Source: Azolla caroliniana (Eukaryota; Plantae; Polypodiophyta). From it: a stretch of DNA of 64,000 bases. This document shows, in pieces, positions 61,701 through 64,000 of this stretch. Location: the NCBI GenBank assembly GCA_043228905.1, contig JBHGNT010000010.1:13330001-13394000 (forward strand), written 5' to 3'. The notes under the pieces were generated by a model. It was not told where the DNA came from, ran no database searches, and saw nothing but the letters and a program-made list of their open reading frames with translations. Position 1 is the stretch's first letter, and every line of letters begins with the position of its first letter. A program made the position numbers and the translations under genes.

Positions 61701-64000
61701 AACCTTGAAAGGATTCTTTCACAAGCATCAATGTGGTCTGCAACAAACTTTCTACATCCGTTCACCATGAGTTTTTCATCATTCTTATTCATCAAGCATC
61801 CTTTAATTGGAACATCATCTAGAAAAGGCACGGTTATTTTTGGCACAAAATCTCTTAAAATTTTATTCATAGCATTCACCATATGTGCCACTGAATTTGT
61901 AGCACCTTGAGGCAATGTACACATTCGCATCAATCCAATTAGTGTTCTTATATAGTAGTTATATCACGACTATCAATAGCAAGCTGAAATTGATCATATC
62001 CTGAATACAAATCACACATAGAATATATAGCTCTTCCTGCGAAAGCTTCTGCAATGGCATCTACAATCAGTCCAACACCGACGTTTTGAATAGTAACTCT
62101 ATTGACAAGCTGTAAATCCTGAATGAACCTTAATGAACTGTTCTTTTTAGGTACAATAAACCACTTATTCGAGTAGGGGGCATTTAATGGCTCCAAGATA
62201 CCCATTTCTAATTTTTCCTTAAGCAAAGCTATTACTTGCGGTATTTGAGCCCGAGGAATAGGGATAGGCCTTAAATTCCAAGGAATATGCGGAATTGTAA
62301 ATATAATAATTGGTTCCACAATTGTTGAGTCTACACAACCAATTTCACTCGACTCAAATGCAAATCCTTTCCCATGACTAGCAATCATATTTTGAAAACA
62401 TTGTATCTCAACAGGCAAAAGAAAATCATTCTCACCATTTTTTAGTTGATCTAGAGTAGCATTTGTAAACTTATGACCAATATCCTTAGAATCCCGCAAT
62501 GTTGGCTCAAACACGACATTCTTTTTCATTTCAGTACTATCCATAGGTAGATGCATGGCCACGGGCTTGACCTTTTTGTCTATTGTTTTATATTTAGTGT
62601 TAACTTTTATTACATAGTTATTTTTACTTGCTTTTTTAGCCATTTTATGATAGCTATTGCCAACTATTTCACTATTAGCTATACAACCATTTTTTTCAAT
62701 AAAATCAGCAATATGAAGGTACATATCAACAGAATTTACATGAACAAATGTCTTGTCGCATTCTTTCTCATTCAAGCAATTTTCTAATATTTTGACTGTA
62801 TCCACATCTGAATATTCAAGAAACATACCAAAAATTATGTCATCCCTGAAGTGCACAATGCATCCAACATATTCCTGGTCCCTTTATTTTGTGCATGACT
62901 TTCAACACCAAAGTAATAGGTAAATCCATCCATTGTATTAGACAAAGTATTGATTGTTTTATTAATTGGAAAACATTTTTGCAAGGAAAGAAAAGCTTTG
63001 GGACCATTGTGTCCCTGCCCATCAATGATCCTATTTAAAAATCCGACTCATAAGATGACATATCATGCTCACATGAGTTAATTCGTAATTCTTCTTTATT
63101 TCTATCATGCTCTTGCCTAATAGTAAGAAATTGAACACTTTGTTTACCATCGGTACTTCGAATCCTAGCATATGTCGAACCATCTTCAAGCACCTTCGTC
63201 TCCATCCTAGAAGATGTGATGTATGGTTGACCAAGAATCACTGGGTATGACGAGGTCTTTTGGATAAAGAAATGTTGCTCCATTAGCACATCTCCAATGG
63301 TGACTTTGATGTTTGGGCAAGCTCCATGAAGTTGCTCGGTCGTTGAATTAGCCGACTTTACCCCTCCACCCATGATTCGTTTCCATTGGCCATTTGCCTT
63401 TCCTATAAATATCATAAGAAATTAGATTAATTTCTTAGCCATGGTCAATTAAGGCCACGATCGGATCTTCAAGGTTTTCAATCTTCACAGGTGTCTCGGT
63501 TGTTGCTCTTGCCCAATGTTTCTTAGCATAGTAGCTTTTTAGCCCTTTCAGCTTCTCTTCAAAAGTTGTCGGTGCAATAGCTTGTGTACCAACAATGGAA
63601 GAGCTTGGTTCACCTTTGAGGACTTCCACCGTTGCTTTCTTTACTTCACTTCCTGAGTTTTCAACGGCTTCAATACTTTGTCATTTTCTTTTAATTCCAT
63701 CTATTATTGCATCATGAAATTCTTTTTTCACTATGCCCAAAAGTTCCCTCAAGGAAAGTTCCACTTTGCTATCTAAAATTCTTTCTTCCAATACTTTTTT
63801 TAAATCAGTTGAAGATTCAATATCAGATAATAATTTGAACGAGGGACTCTTCTTATCCTTACCTTTTTCAATGTCAGGGCTTACCATTTTTGGACTTTCT
63901 GTCTCCCTCTTTTTAGCGCTTCTTAGCTCCCTCTTCTTGTTATCTTCATTTTCCGCCCATTTCCGTTTCTCTTCCATGATCACTTCATGGGCTTGGGTTG
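58788..64000 (-). mobile_element. Gypsy K (C/E lineage): 3' LTR 58788-59386 and degenerate gag-PR-RT-RH-INT running off the right edge
   Basis: LTR starts TGTCGTGAAG and shares ATGCAT blocks with the C LTR; PR ALIDHG, RT DLYSGYDQF / PQGATNSVA / FLDD, RH, INT HRG / ADRGE; many stops. Confidence 0.92.

Overview
Gene-free, deeply nested LTR-retrotransposon cluster from a plant genome. The mix of self-priming chromoviruses and tRNA-Trp-primed non-chromoviruses suggests a non-seed plant such as a fern, lycophyte or bryophyte (inference). About 17 elements or remnants were resolved by eye from TG...CA termini, target-site duplications (TSD), primer-binding sites (PBS) and polypurine tracts (PPT); the letter labels are my own. 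Copia: A, D, F (intact), G, H, J, O, solo LTR I and a 1.47 kb mini-element. Gypsy: Athila-like G1 with an extra 3' ORF, chromoviruses B1, B2 (intact) and N, tRNA-Trp-type C, E and K, and solo LTRs L and M. Deepest nesting is O>N>E>D>C>B2. Main observations: (1) tRNA-like Pol III A-box/B-box modules with 43-44 nt spacing, antisense in the U3 of several unrelated LTR families; (2) a gypsy lineage whose five insertions all have CpG-centred 4-bp targets; (3) covarying self-priming signals with a PBS copy folded back at the U3/R boundary; (4) covarying -1 frameshift pseudoknots placed after the protease; (5) an extra ~957-codon ORF with its own TATA box. Coordinates were counted by hand and remnant boundaries are approximate.
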